From a virus (taxonomy: Duplodnaviria > Caudoviricetes): a stretch of 43,930 bases of DNA. Position numbers and translations under genes: made by a program. The stretch covers positions 1 to 43,930 of IMG/VR virus record IMGVR_UViG_3300048598_000482; one strand, given 5' to 3'. This document shows, piece by piece, positions 36,566 to 43,930 of the stretch; the stretch's first letter is position 1; each line of letters begins with the position of its first letter. The notes below the pieces were generated by a model. The model was not told the DNA's origin, did not search any database, and was given only the letters and a program-made list of their open reading frames with translations.

Positions 36566-37361
36566 TCCGCTCGCCCTCCGTACCCAGCCGAAGTTTTGAC
36601 GTACTGCCGAGGCTCTTGTTGTAGTAATCGCGCAACATACCGCAAAAGATCTGCAGGTAAATCGGCTTAAATGCGTTGTGTGCATTCACACGCCCTTCGC
36701 ACCGCGAACGGTACTCAAAAAACAAATCAGCAGGAATCAGCCCTCCAAGCCGCTGCCGGAACAAGTCTGGTGTTAGCTTCGATTCATACCGTCGGGAGAA
36801 TTCGGATATTCCTGCAAGCATCTCCCGTCGCAACGCTGTGGAATCCCCATGCCAGGCAACACGGATGCATTTCAGTGCCAAATCCAGAGCGTTTTCGCCC
36901 TGTACGGTCATGACTCGGGATAGCGTGTTCACCGCGGTGATCACCATAGGTTCCGCTTTTAGACCGACCTCATAGTCGTTTTGTACGAGGATTGCCTCGA
37001 TTCGCAGGAAATGTTCATCCTTTGCCTGCACTCCAGCTTTGTAGAGTGAATAAGCGCTGAGCGCATTGGTGTCACGTGTCTGGATCCGGAAATAATTCGC
37101 TTCTTCTTCGTAGGACAAACCGACCACCACGATACACACGGCGTCAGGAACGCCAATCTGGCGCATGGCGCACAGCCGATGCTGCCCATCCACGATCGCG
37201 TAGCTATGCGACCCGCGCTTTGATAGCAGAAGCACACCAACGCGCGCCGGGTCGAAGTTGTCAGCAATACGCTTGACGCGCGCATTGTTTAATACCCGCT
37301 GATACGGTTCGATACAGATTTCACTGAGCGGGATCCGCTCGATACTTTGCATGTGTTTCAT
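36555..37361 (-). CDS. DGQHR-motif ParB-superfamily protein (DUF6551-like)
   Basis: YQRVL...RVKRIADNFDP, YAIVDGQHRL, EEEANYF. Confidence 0.75.
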   Translation of the reverse strand: MKHMQSIERIPLSEICIEPYQRVLNNARVKRIADNFDPARVGVLLLSKRGSHSYAIVDGQHRLCAMRQIGVPDAVCIVVVGLSYEEEANYFRIQTRDTNALSAYSLYKAGVQAKDEHFLRIEAILVQNDYEVGLKAEPMVITAVNTLSRVMTVQGENALDLALKCIRVAWHGDSTALRREMLAGISEFSRRYESKLTPDLFRQRLGGLIPADLFFEYRSRCEGRVNAHNAFKPIYLQIFCGMLRDYYNKSLGSTSKLRLGTEGERNGN

Positions 37362-37382
37362 TTAAAACCCTTTCTGATCATC

Positions 37383-37408
37383 ATCGGGGAGCGTCTCCGC
37401 TCCCCGAT
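37383..37408. terminator. GC-rich intergenic hairpin
   Basis: ATCGGGGAGCG-tctc-CGCTCCCCGAT perfect 11-bp stem; no clear U tract. Confidence 0.5.
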
Positions 37409-37422
37409 CCATGTTCGTTGTG

Positions 37423-38175
37423 TTATGATTCCACGATCTCCCCCGTTACGGGGTCGAACGGAGTCGGTATGTCGGTGAACTCATCCAGATCGACCGGAGA
37501 GGTGGCCGTATGCTTTGCGTACTCCTTCACCTGCTCCGCAAGCTGCGAAACAGCCGTGAGTTCTGCTTCTGTGAGCGGTCGGTCGATCCGGAACTGTGCC
37601 TGGGAATAGGCGATGCCGCCGGTGTTGACCGCTTTCTTGAGCGAGAAACGCGTCACGACGGAGATCGACTTTTTCCCGTGGCTCAACAGTCGCTGGATAT
37701 AGCGAGTGAACTCCTTGAGCGACCCGGTCGGCAGCGAGAGCAGCAGAGGGAAGACTTCACCATCGCGCAGGATGTAGATACGTCGACGATTCTTACACGC
37801 TTTCCCGCCGCCTTCGCCGGTGCCGAACTGGTTGTACCGGCACTTGGCGCATGCGCCGCCGGGATCGCCTTCGCCGGTGATGCCGTCGAAGCTACCGCAG
37901 TCCGGCGGTTCATTGCCGCCGGCGTATTTATCCCGATAATACGCGAACAGCGGATGGTGATAGAGGATAACGCCGGTGAACTCCTTCACCGTTGCAGGCT
38001 CGCTGTCGTCTTCCCCGGGCAGTTCAAACACTGTGCTGCCGGCCGACGGAATCTTGATCCGTTCGAATGAGAGACTCAATCCCTCGAGTTCCTGCGACAT
38101 TGCATCGCTGAGGTTAAAGTGTGCAAGTTCTGAGAATGCGTTCTCCGTTGAAATAATTCCTGTTTCCTGTGTCAT
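37423..38175 (-). CDS. Conserved phage replication protein, possible ssDNA-binding protein
   Basis: PPDC.S.DG, C..C.YNQFG...GKACKN Cys motif, acidic C-tail; replication module position. Confidence 0.55.
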   Translation of the reverse strand: MTQETGIISTENAFSELAHFNLSDAMSQELEGLSLSFERIKIPSAGSTVFELPGEDDSEPATVKEFTGVILYHHPLFAYYRDKYAGGNEPPDCGSFDGITGEGDPGGACAKCRYNQFGTGEGGGKACKNRRRIYILRDGEVFPLLLSLPTGSLKEFTRYIQRLLSHGKKSISVVTRFSLKKAVNTGGIAYSQAQFRIDRPLTEAELTAVSQLAEQVKEYAKHTATSPVDLDEFTDIPTPFDPVTGEIVES

Positions 38176-38195
38176 ATGATCGTTTTCCTTTCCTT

Positions 38196-38627
38196 TTACC
38201 GGCCGGCTTTGCGTACGCCAACCGTTGTTTTTTCAAATACGTTCACGAGTCCATAGAGCCATTGCGGCAGGGTATCCTCATTCTCCGCGGTCTGTTCCTT
38301 GACAAACGCAGAGAGCGAGTTGGCATTGACGGTCTCGTAGACGAGATCACCGAAGCCTGCTTCCCGCAGCGCTGTAAACAGTTCATCCTTACGCCCGGCG
38401 GCCGCCGACGCTCGGGTCGTGCTGGTTAGGCAGAACATCGTACCGTTGCGGGTGAAATTCTGCGTTTCGCTGGCAATCATCTGTTCGACCAGTGCCGCAT
38501 CGATGCGGTCGATCTCATCCGAGATCTCCTTGAGCTCCTGCTCTGCGTATTTCTTCGTTTCTTTCAGTTCGCGCAGCTGATCCGCCAGCGCGAACAGTTC
38601 CTCTGATTGCATTGCTATCTCCTCCAT
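38196..38627 (-). CDS. Hypothetical phage protein with N-terminal coiled coil
   Basis: LVYETVNANSLSAFVKE; coupled to the helicase gene. Confidence 0.6.
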   Translation of the reverse strand: MEEIAMQSEELFALADQLRELKETKKYAEQELKEISDEIDRIDAALVEQMIASETQNFTRNGTMFCLTSTTRASAAAGRKDELFTALREAGFGDLVYETVNANSLSAFVKEQTAENEDTLPQWLYGLVNVFEKTTVGVRKAGR

Positions 38628-38628
38628 A

Positions 38629-40077
38629 TCAGTTGGTTTGGAACGGGTTCTTACCCGCCCGGTATTCGTCGATCAGGATTCTAGCCAGGTCAGCTTTGTC
38701 ACGCAGCGCCTGGAGCACTTTTTCGTCAACGGTGCCGGCAGCAACGAGATAGACATAGGTGCAGGGGTTTCTCTGACCGACGCGGTGGATCCGTGCCTTT
38801 GCCTGCTCAAAGTTGGACATGCTGTAATCCAGGGAGTAAAAGACCATGGTGTCGGCTGCCGTGAGCGCGATGCCCAACCCCGCTGTCGCGATCTGGCCGA
38901 CGAACACCGTTGTGCCCGGATCCGTCTGAAACCGGCGTACCTGTTCGTCTCGATCCCTGATTTCACCGGAAATGACGGAGTACTCGATCTTCTTTTTCTC
39001 CAGCATCCGGCGGATCGCATCGATCTCAGGCAAGAACCGGGCGATGATCACGAGCTTCTTGCCATCCTCCGTGGCGCTGTCCACGATGTCCGCCAGCGCC
39101 GCCATTTTTGCGGTGCTCACCGATACGGGCCGGTCGGAATTGTCCTGACACAGAAATCCGCCGGTCAGCTGCGAAAGCCGCAGTAGGCGAGTCAGCACGT
39201 TCGCCGCGCTCACCTCTCCATCTTTCAGGGAGATGAAGCTGTCGCGTACCAACTCGCGGTACATGCCGTGCGCCTGCGACTCCAGTTCTACGGTCCGTTC
39301 GATCTCCGTCGTTTCCGGTAGATCCAGGCACTCGGCTTTCGTTGCGCGGAACGCGATACTGTGGATACGACGCGTGAGTTCCTTCGCCATGCCCGTTTTC
39401 ATTACTGGAACGTGCAGTCCATACCCAGTCATGTCAAAGTAACGGTTTCGAAAGGCATAGAAGCTGTTACCGAACACCGCCGGGTTCAGGAATTTGTACG
39501 GGCTGAACACGTCGATGGCCTTGTTGGTGATGATCGTGCCCGTCAGCAGCATTCGGTATCGCGCCCTTGCTCCTAGACGATGCATACATTTGCTCGCTGC
39601 GATATTGTGCGTTTTGATCTTGTGCCCTTCGTCACACACAATGAGATCCGCGTCCCATGCGGCGAGCTCATCTTCCAGCCGCCATGCCGATTCGTAGTTG
39701 ATGATCGCGACCTGCAGTCCATCTGTCGGAGTTTGTCGAAGATTCTCGGATTTTCTCGAACCGGACCGATTGAGAATGGCAAGCGAATACGGAAAGTCGG
39801 CAAATTTGAGAAACTCCTCTTGCCAGACGCCCAGTATTGACAGTGGGGCGACGACAAGCATCCGCTCAATCTCACCCTCTAGCCAAAGCCGACCAGCGAC
39901 TGCGATGGTCGTCAGGCTCTTACCGGTTCCCATTTCCATGAGCAGTGCTACTCCACGACTTGGCGGCGGATCGCGTCCTGTCAGGCCGAACGAGCAGCAG
40001 GCAAATTCATATGCGCACTTCTGATGGTCGTATGGATGCGCCCTTACAGGCATCCGATTGGTTATGATCTGTTCCAT
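38629..40077 (-). CDS. SNF2-family helicase
   Basis: MEMGTGKS, CDEGH, LLTGT, QAKARIHRVGQ. Confidence 0.93.
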   Translation of the reverse strand: MEQIITNRMPVRAHPYDHQKCAYEFACCSFGLTGRDPPPSRGVALLMEMGTGKSLTTIAVAGRLWLEGEIERMLVVAPLSILGVWQEEFLKFADFPYSLAILNRSGSRKSENLRQTPTDGLQVAIINYESAWRLEDELAAWDADLIVCDEGHKIKTHNIAASKCMHRLGARARYRMLLTGTIITNKAIDVFSPYKFLNPAVFGNSFYAFRNRYFDMTGYGLHVPVMKTGMAKELTRRIHSIAFRATKAECLDLPETTEIERTVELESQAHGMYRELVRDSFISLKDGEVSAANVLTRLLRLSQLTGGFLCQDNSDRPVSVSTAKMAALADIVDSATEDGKKLVIIARFLPEIDAIRRMLEKKKIEYSVISGEIRDRDEQVRRFQTDPGTTVFVGQIATAGLGIALTAADTMVFYSLDYSMSNFEQAKARIHRVGQRNPCTYVYLVAAGTVDEKVLQALRDKADLARILIDEYRAGKNPFQTN

Positions 40078-40108
40078 GTTTTTTCTCCGATATTCTTTGC
40101 GTTGATTA

Positions 40109-40453
40109 TCATTGCTCTTTCACCTTGGGCTTTGCGAAGGACGTCAAAATGCTCTGCATCAGCTGCTGTTTGTCCGGCTGCAGTCCGTCCATGAGCTCCC
40201 GAAGCATTGCCTCTTGATCATCGTGCAGATAACGGCGACCGACGTACCAGCCGTCCGCGACACGGATTCCGCCAGCACCTCCCTGCACGGTGTAGATCGG
40301 TGCAGAGCAGGAGAGAATTTCTATATCGCGGCGAATCGTCACGTTTGATACGCCAAATTTAGAAGCTAGACGATCAACGGTATCTCCACGTCGATCGCTA
40401 AGAACTTCCAGTATTGATTGCCTGCGCTCAAGTGCGCTCCTCACGCTCTGCAC
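40109..40453 (-). CDS. DeoR/HTH_11-type DNA-binding protein
   Basis: ERRQSILEVL..LASKFGVSNVTIRRDIEIL..QGGAGGI; AAGGAGG RBS. Confidence 0.82.
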   Translation of the reverse strand: MQSVRSALERRQSILEVLSDRRGDTVDRLASKFGVSNVTIRRDIEILSCSAPIYTVQGGAGGIRVADGWYVGRRYLHDDQEAMLRELMDGLQPDKQQLMQSILTSFAKPKVKEQ

Positions 40454-40489
40454 CTCCTTTCGTCCTTCGTTGTATTGAGCTTAAAAAAC

Positions 40490-40514
40490 GAACTGCTCAC
40501 CTAATGAGCGGTTC
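40490..40514. promoter_or_regulatory. Candidate operator palindrome upstream of the HTH gene
   Basis: GAACTGCTCA-cctaa-TGAGCGGTTC (9 of 10 positions dyad-symmetric). Confidence 0.6.
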
Positions 40515-40548
40515 AGAAAAATATTCGCCGGTTTTTTGCATAAGGAAA

Positions 40549-40598
40549 AGGCCACCGGCAAAGGTAGACTTCTTTCGAAATCTATCTGCCGGTGGCCT
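40549..40598 (-). terminator. Long hairpin, probable terminator or attenuator
   Basis: AGGCCACCGGCA...TGCCGGTGGCCT 12-bp outer stem plus inner GTAGA/TCTAT pairing; TTTCCTT follows on the minus strand. Confidence 0.65.
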
Positions 40599-40723
40599 CT
40601 CATTTATTACTTCTGGCTAAACCAACCGTGGATCACGGGTATCGACCTGATATGGATTTATGAATGGCTCTTTTTCAGCCCGACCATGCCGTCGTGATAC
40701 CGCTTATTCGATTATGTGTAAGG

Positions 40724-40978
40724 TTATGAAATCTCGGGTGTCATACCATGCTCCAGTAACCAGGCGCTCGCTTGCGCCGCAATATCGGGCGGCGCGCTCG
40801 TTATGCTGCAGATGCACTTATATACAACTGCCCAGAACGCCGTATCGTTTACAGGTTTCTCAAGGTTATATTTCTCAAAGAAAGCTTCAATCCGTGCTCG
40901 ATCGAGACTGAACAGCGCCGTGTTGCGCTCATTAACAAACTTTTTGATTTCCTTCATCCACTTATTCCTCCTAATCAT
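40724..40978 (-). CDS. Hypothetical protein
   Basis: Start MIRRNKW overlapping the upstream stop with a purine-rich RBS. Confidence 0.55.
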   Translation of the reverse strand: MIRRNKWMKEIKKFVNERNTALFSLDRARIEAFFEKYNLEKPVNDTAFWAVVYKCICSITSAPPDIAAQASAWLLEHGMTPEIS

Positions 40979-41186
40979 TGAGTCGATCCTTTCCTGGTGC
41001 TGCATATATATCAACGCGATTATGTCTGCGGCCCATCTGCTTTATTACCATGTTTACACCGCATATCTGGCATTGGAGCTTCACCATCCCTTCGTGATTC
41101 GTATATCCCCGAACGATACCGGCGCAGTTGGGGCAATGTAGAGAGAGCTCCTTCCATGTCGTTTCATTGCCGTCCATTCTCATCAC
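40971..41186 (-). CDS. Small Cys4 zinc-ribbon protein
   Basis: HCPNCAG ... QCQICG. Confidence 0.6.
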   Translation of the reverse strand: MMRMDGNETTWKELSLHCPNCAGIVRGYTNHEGMVKLQCQICGVNMVIKQMGRRHNRVDIYAAPGKDRLND

Positions 41187-41200
41187 TCACCTGTGCCGCC

Positions 41201-41566
41201 CTAGAAAAATGCGGCCTGCTCCTTCTCTGTGTTTGTCCCTTGCTCGATATCGATGACTTCGATTCGATAGATATCTTCAAAGCAGACTTTTTCGGTGTTC
41301 AGCTTCAAATACCGATACGCCAGGTTGATTTCCGTTATGACCCCCTCCGCGTGTATGTCATGGAATGCTCGGTAGAAGTCCATCGCTACCCGACTACGCT
41401 TTTCCAGTCGCATGATAACCTCTGAGTTCTGGATCTGCTGCTCCTCGGAAATGTCATGCCGCGCTACACGGGAATGCCGTTCCTCACGATCGTGCAGCGC
41501 TTCCTGCAACCCCTTCATAGCGTCAAAGGGCATAAATTGCTTAGCTCTATCCTTTCGCGTCATCAT
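41201..41566 (-). CDS. YolD-like protein
   Basis: DRAKQFMPFDAMKGL; directly downstream of the Y-family polymerase. Confidence 0.87.
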   Translation of the reverse strand: MMTRKDRAKQFMPFDAMKGLQEALHDREERHSRVARHDISEEQQIQNSEVIMRLEKRSRVAMDFYRAFHDIHAEGVITEINLAYRYLKLNTEKVCFEDIYRIEVIDIEQGTNTEKEQAAFF

Positions 41567-42830
41567 ATCCTGCTCGGTGACCTCCGATCATCCCGTTGCG
41601 TTCCCGCTGCATTGCGCCCCCTAAATAGTTCATCCCTCGGAGTACAGCATTTTTCCCATATCGATCCGTTATTTCCAATACTGCCCGTTCTCGTGCCTTC
41701 TCGCGCTCAACCTCAGCCCAGTCTGTAAATAGGTCATATCCCTCGCAGCTTTCATCGCACACATCAGCAAAGCTGATACCCAATCTGCGAATCTTATAGC
41801 CCGTCAATGCCACCTGGTCGAACAGCTGAAGCGCACTTGGCATGATTTTGGAACTCAGGCTGGTCGCTAAACGAATGCGGGTCGTGCCGTGTGTTGATGA
41901 ATGGGTGTCACCCGAGTATCCGACGCCAATCCAAATATTGCTAGTGATAACATGGCGACGCATGAGCTCTTGGCAACCGTTCAGGATCATCTCCGATATG
42001 ACCACCCGAGCTTCGTTGAGCGAGTAATCCCGTGGAAGTATCTGCGAAAACGACACCGACTTTGTTTTGCTCTTGTATTGCTTGATATCCGAAATCAGGC
42101 AATCCTCGCGTCCCCACGCATGATCGATCAGCAGCTCTGCATTGATACCGAATGCCTTGTATAACAGTTCCTGCGGCGCGGTTGTGATGCCACGCATAGT
42201 GGTGATGCCGTACCGTTCGAGCTTTCGCGCCGTCCCGCCTGCGATCATCCAGAAGTCCGTAATCGGTGTGTGATCCCACAGCGTTTCCCGAAAGCGTGCT
42301 TCGTCCAATACGCCGATATGATCCCGTGCGTGCTTTGCTGCAATGTCCAACGCGATCTTAGCAAGAAACAAATTTGTACCAATGCCAGCCGTTGACGGAA
42401 TATGCAGCTTGTCCGCTATCTCGTTCATCAGCCTTTTTGCAAGCGATACTGCATCTGTTTGAAGTACCTGCAAGTATCCGGTTACGTCGATAAACGATTC
42501 ATCGATCGAGTATACATGAATATCTTGCGGGTCGAAATAGTTCAGGTACAGCCCGTAAATATCCGCAGCGTACTCAATGTAAAGCTGCATACGCGGCATT
42601 GCGATCTCGTACTGAATACTTCTCGGTATCTCTGAAAGTCGACACCTGTTTTTGACACCCTGCGCTTTCATCTTGGGGGTGATGGCGAGGCAGAGCGCGT
42701 TGCTACCGCGTGTGATGTCTGCAACAACAAGGTTTGTTTCAAACGGGTTCAGGCATCGCTCGGCACATTCTACAGATGCGTAGAACGACTTCATATCAAT
42801 ACAAAAATATGTGCGCGTTTTCTCTGTCAT
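41547..42830 (-). CDS. Y-family error-prone DNA polymerase (UmuC/UvrX-like)
   Basis: CIDMKSFYASVEC, YSIDESFID, GIGTNLFLAK, C-terminal RNGMIGGHRA. Confidence 0.93.
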   Translation of the reverse strand: MTEKTRTYFCIDMKSFYASVECAERCLNPFETNLVVADITRGSNALCLAITPKMKAQGVKNRCRLSEIPRSIQYEIAMPRMQLYIEYAADIYGLYLNYFDPQDIHVYSIDESFIDVTGYLQVLQTDAVSLAKRLMNEIADKLHIPSTAGIGTNLFLAKIALDIAAKHARDHIGVLDEARFRETLWDHTPITDFWMIAGGTARKLERYGITTMRGITTAPQELLYKAFGINAELLIDHAWGREDCLISDIKQYKSKTKSVSFSQILPRDYSLNEARVVISEMILNGCQELMRRHVITSNIWIGVGYSGDTHSSTHGTTRIRLATSLSSKIMPSALQLFDQVALTGYKIRRLGISFADVCDESCEGYDLFTDWAEVEREKARERAVLEITDRYGKNAVLRGMNYLGGAMQRERNGMIGGHRAGYDDAKG

Positions 42831-42853
42831 TCCTTTTCTCCAGGTATTAGGGT

Positions 42854-43045
42854 CTATTGTGATATGTGCCGAGCTGCAATGATCGGCTCCGATATTAAAC
42901 GCGGTACGCATTTCCGCTTGACACATTTCATGATGCCAACCACATTCTTACATTGCTCGCACTCCATCCAGCCATTTGTTTCATCCAGATATAGCTGTTT
43001 GTTCACTGTACCGCATATCGGGCACTTAACGTCATAGGTCTTCAT
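42854..43045 (-). CDS. Small Cys4 zinc-ribbon protein
   Basis: CPICGTVN..LYLDETNGWMECEQC; GGAGG RBS. Confidence 0.7.
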   Translation of the reverse strand: MKTYDVKCPICGTVNKQLYLDETNGWMECEQCKNVVGIMKCVKRKCVPRLISEPIIAARHISQ

Positions 43046-43129
43046 ATCTCAGTCATCGCCTCCGTCAGTTTGGATTATTAGAGATCTCCTTGCATAGACA
43101 TTAAAGCATGATTCTGAATTCATTAATAG

Positions 43130-43143
43130 CCAACATGTGTTCG
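43130..43143 (-). promoter_or_regulatory. Candidate LexA (Cheo/SOS) box
   Basis: CGAACACATGTTGG, one mismatch in the core to GAAC-N4-GTTC; upstream of the Y-polymerase operon. Confidence 0.55.
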
Positions 43144-43159
43144 TTTTTGAGATTTTCTA

Positions 43160-43188
43160 TTGCAAACCCGTATTCGCTATAGTAGAAT
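43160..43188 (+). promoter_or_regulatory. Sigma-A-type promoter of the repressor
   Basis: TTGCAA, 17 bp spacer, TAGAAT. Confidence 0.65.
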
Positions 43189-43213
43189 GTTTAACACAGG
43201 AGGTGGATGAAAA

Positions 43214-43930
43214 ATGGACAATAAGTACTGTGACATCCTGCGGACACTACGCAAAATGCATGGCTACGTACAGCAGGACATTGCCGACAGGCTTGACGAG
43301 CTGAACGTTCCGACCACCAAAGCGCAGGTTAGTCGCTGGGAGAACGGAATCAACAATCCATCGATTGACCAGTTCATTGGTTTATGTCGCATCTACGGCG
43401 TCAAAGATGTTTACAACGTATTCGGCTTTGGCGATCTATCCGATTTAGAATACTCGCTCAATCGGGAAGGTGTAGCAAAGCTGGCAGATTACAAGAAGCT
43501 TCTGATTGCAAGCGGCCTGTTCGCGCCCGTGCAACTAAGAGAGAGGGTTGTGCCGTTTCGAAGACGGACCGCTCCCATGTACGACATCGGCGCTTCGGCC
43601 GGTACTGGGCAGTTCCTTGATAGTGATTCCTATGAAATGGTCGAGGTTCCCGATGATGTTCCGGACAGCGCCACGTTCGGTCTTCATGTCAGCGGCGATT
43701 CGATGGAGCCGACGCTACAGGACGGGCAGGAGATCTGGGTGCAGATGCAGCCAATGCTTGAAAGCGGCGATATCGGTGTCTTCTATCTCGATGGGAATGC
43801 TTATGTAAAAGAGTATCGTCGCATGGATAAGGGCGTATTTCTGATTTCGCACAACGAGAAATATCAACCCATCCCGATCACGGATTATGACGAATCAAGG
43901 ATATACGGCAAAGTCGTGTATCCGCGGTAA
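43214..43930 (+). CDS. CI/LexA-like repressor (XRE HTH + S24 peptidase)
   Basis: HTH QQDIAD..KAQVSRWENG; cleavage site ASAGTG, VSGDSMEP, YVKEY; AGGAGG RBS. Confidence 0.93.
   Translation: MDNKYCDILRTLRKMHGYVQQDIADRLDELNVPTTKAQVSRWENGINNPSIDQFIGLCRIYGVKDVYNVFGFGDLSDLEYSLNREGVAKLADYKKLLIASGLFAPVQLRERVVPFRRRTAPMYDIGASAGTGQFLDSDSYEMVEVPDDVPDSATFGLHVSGDSMEPTLQDGQEIWVQMQPMLESGDIGVFYLDGNAYVKEYRRMDKGVFLISHNEKYQPIPITDYDESRIYGKVVYPR

Larger units (their letters stand above)
1616..43930. mobile_element. Temperate siphovirus-like prophage (HK97-type head); boundaries approximate, att sites not found
   Basis: Ordered integrase, lysis, tail, head, packaging, replication and repressor modules. Confidence 0.93.

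Overview
Almost the whole window (~1.6-43.9 kb) is a temperate siphovirus-type prophage of a Firmicutes (Clostridia-like) host, mostly on the minus strand. From right to left it carries: a CI-like repressor (+), a divergent SOS-type cassette (Zn-ribbon, Y-family polymerase, YolD), early and replication genes (HTH, SNF2 helicase, two ParB-like proteins, CHC2-TOPRIM-D5 primase/helicase with a candidate origin, VRR-NUC), a late activator, HNH, terminase, DNA methylase, HK97-type head, tail (with a -1 frameshift chaperone), lysis genes, xis and a tyrosine integrase. The most striking structure is a ~2.74 kb diverged direct tandem repeat (tail-fibre 3' half, endolysin, two holin-like genes, xis). 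Its junction fuses the integrase upstream motif into the middle of the tail-fibre gene. An IS1182-family element with 16-bp TIRs and a CAAG target duplication separates xis from int. Three morons interrupt the late operon: a beta-helix lipoprotein, a double Zn-ribbon protein and a small membrane protein. An AT-rich OLD-family nuclease gene flanks the integrase. No tRNA, rRNA, CRISPR array or att site could be identified. All product calls come from motif recognition and gene order, not database searches.
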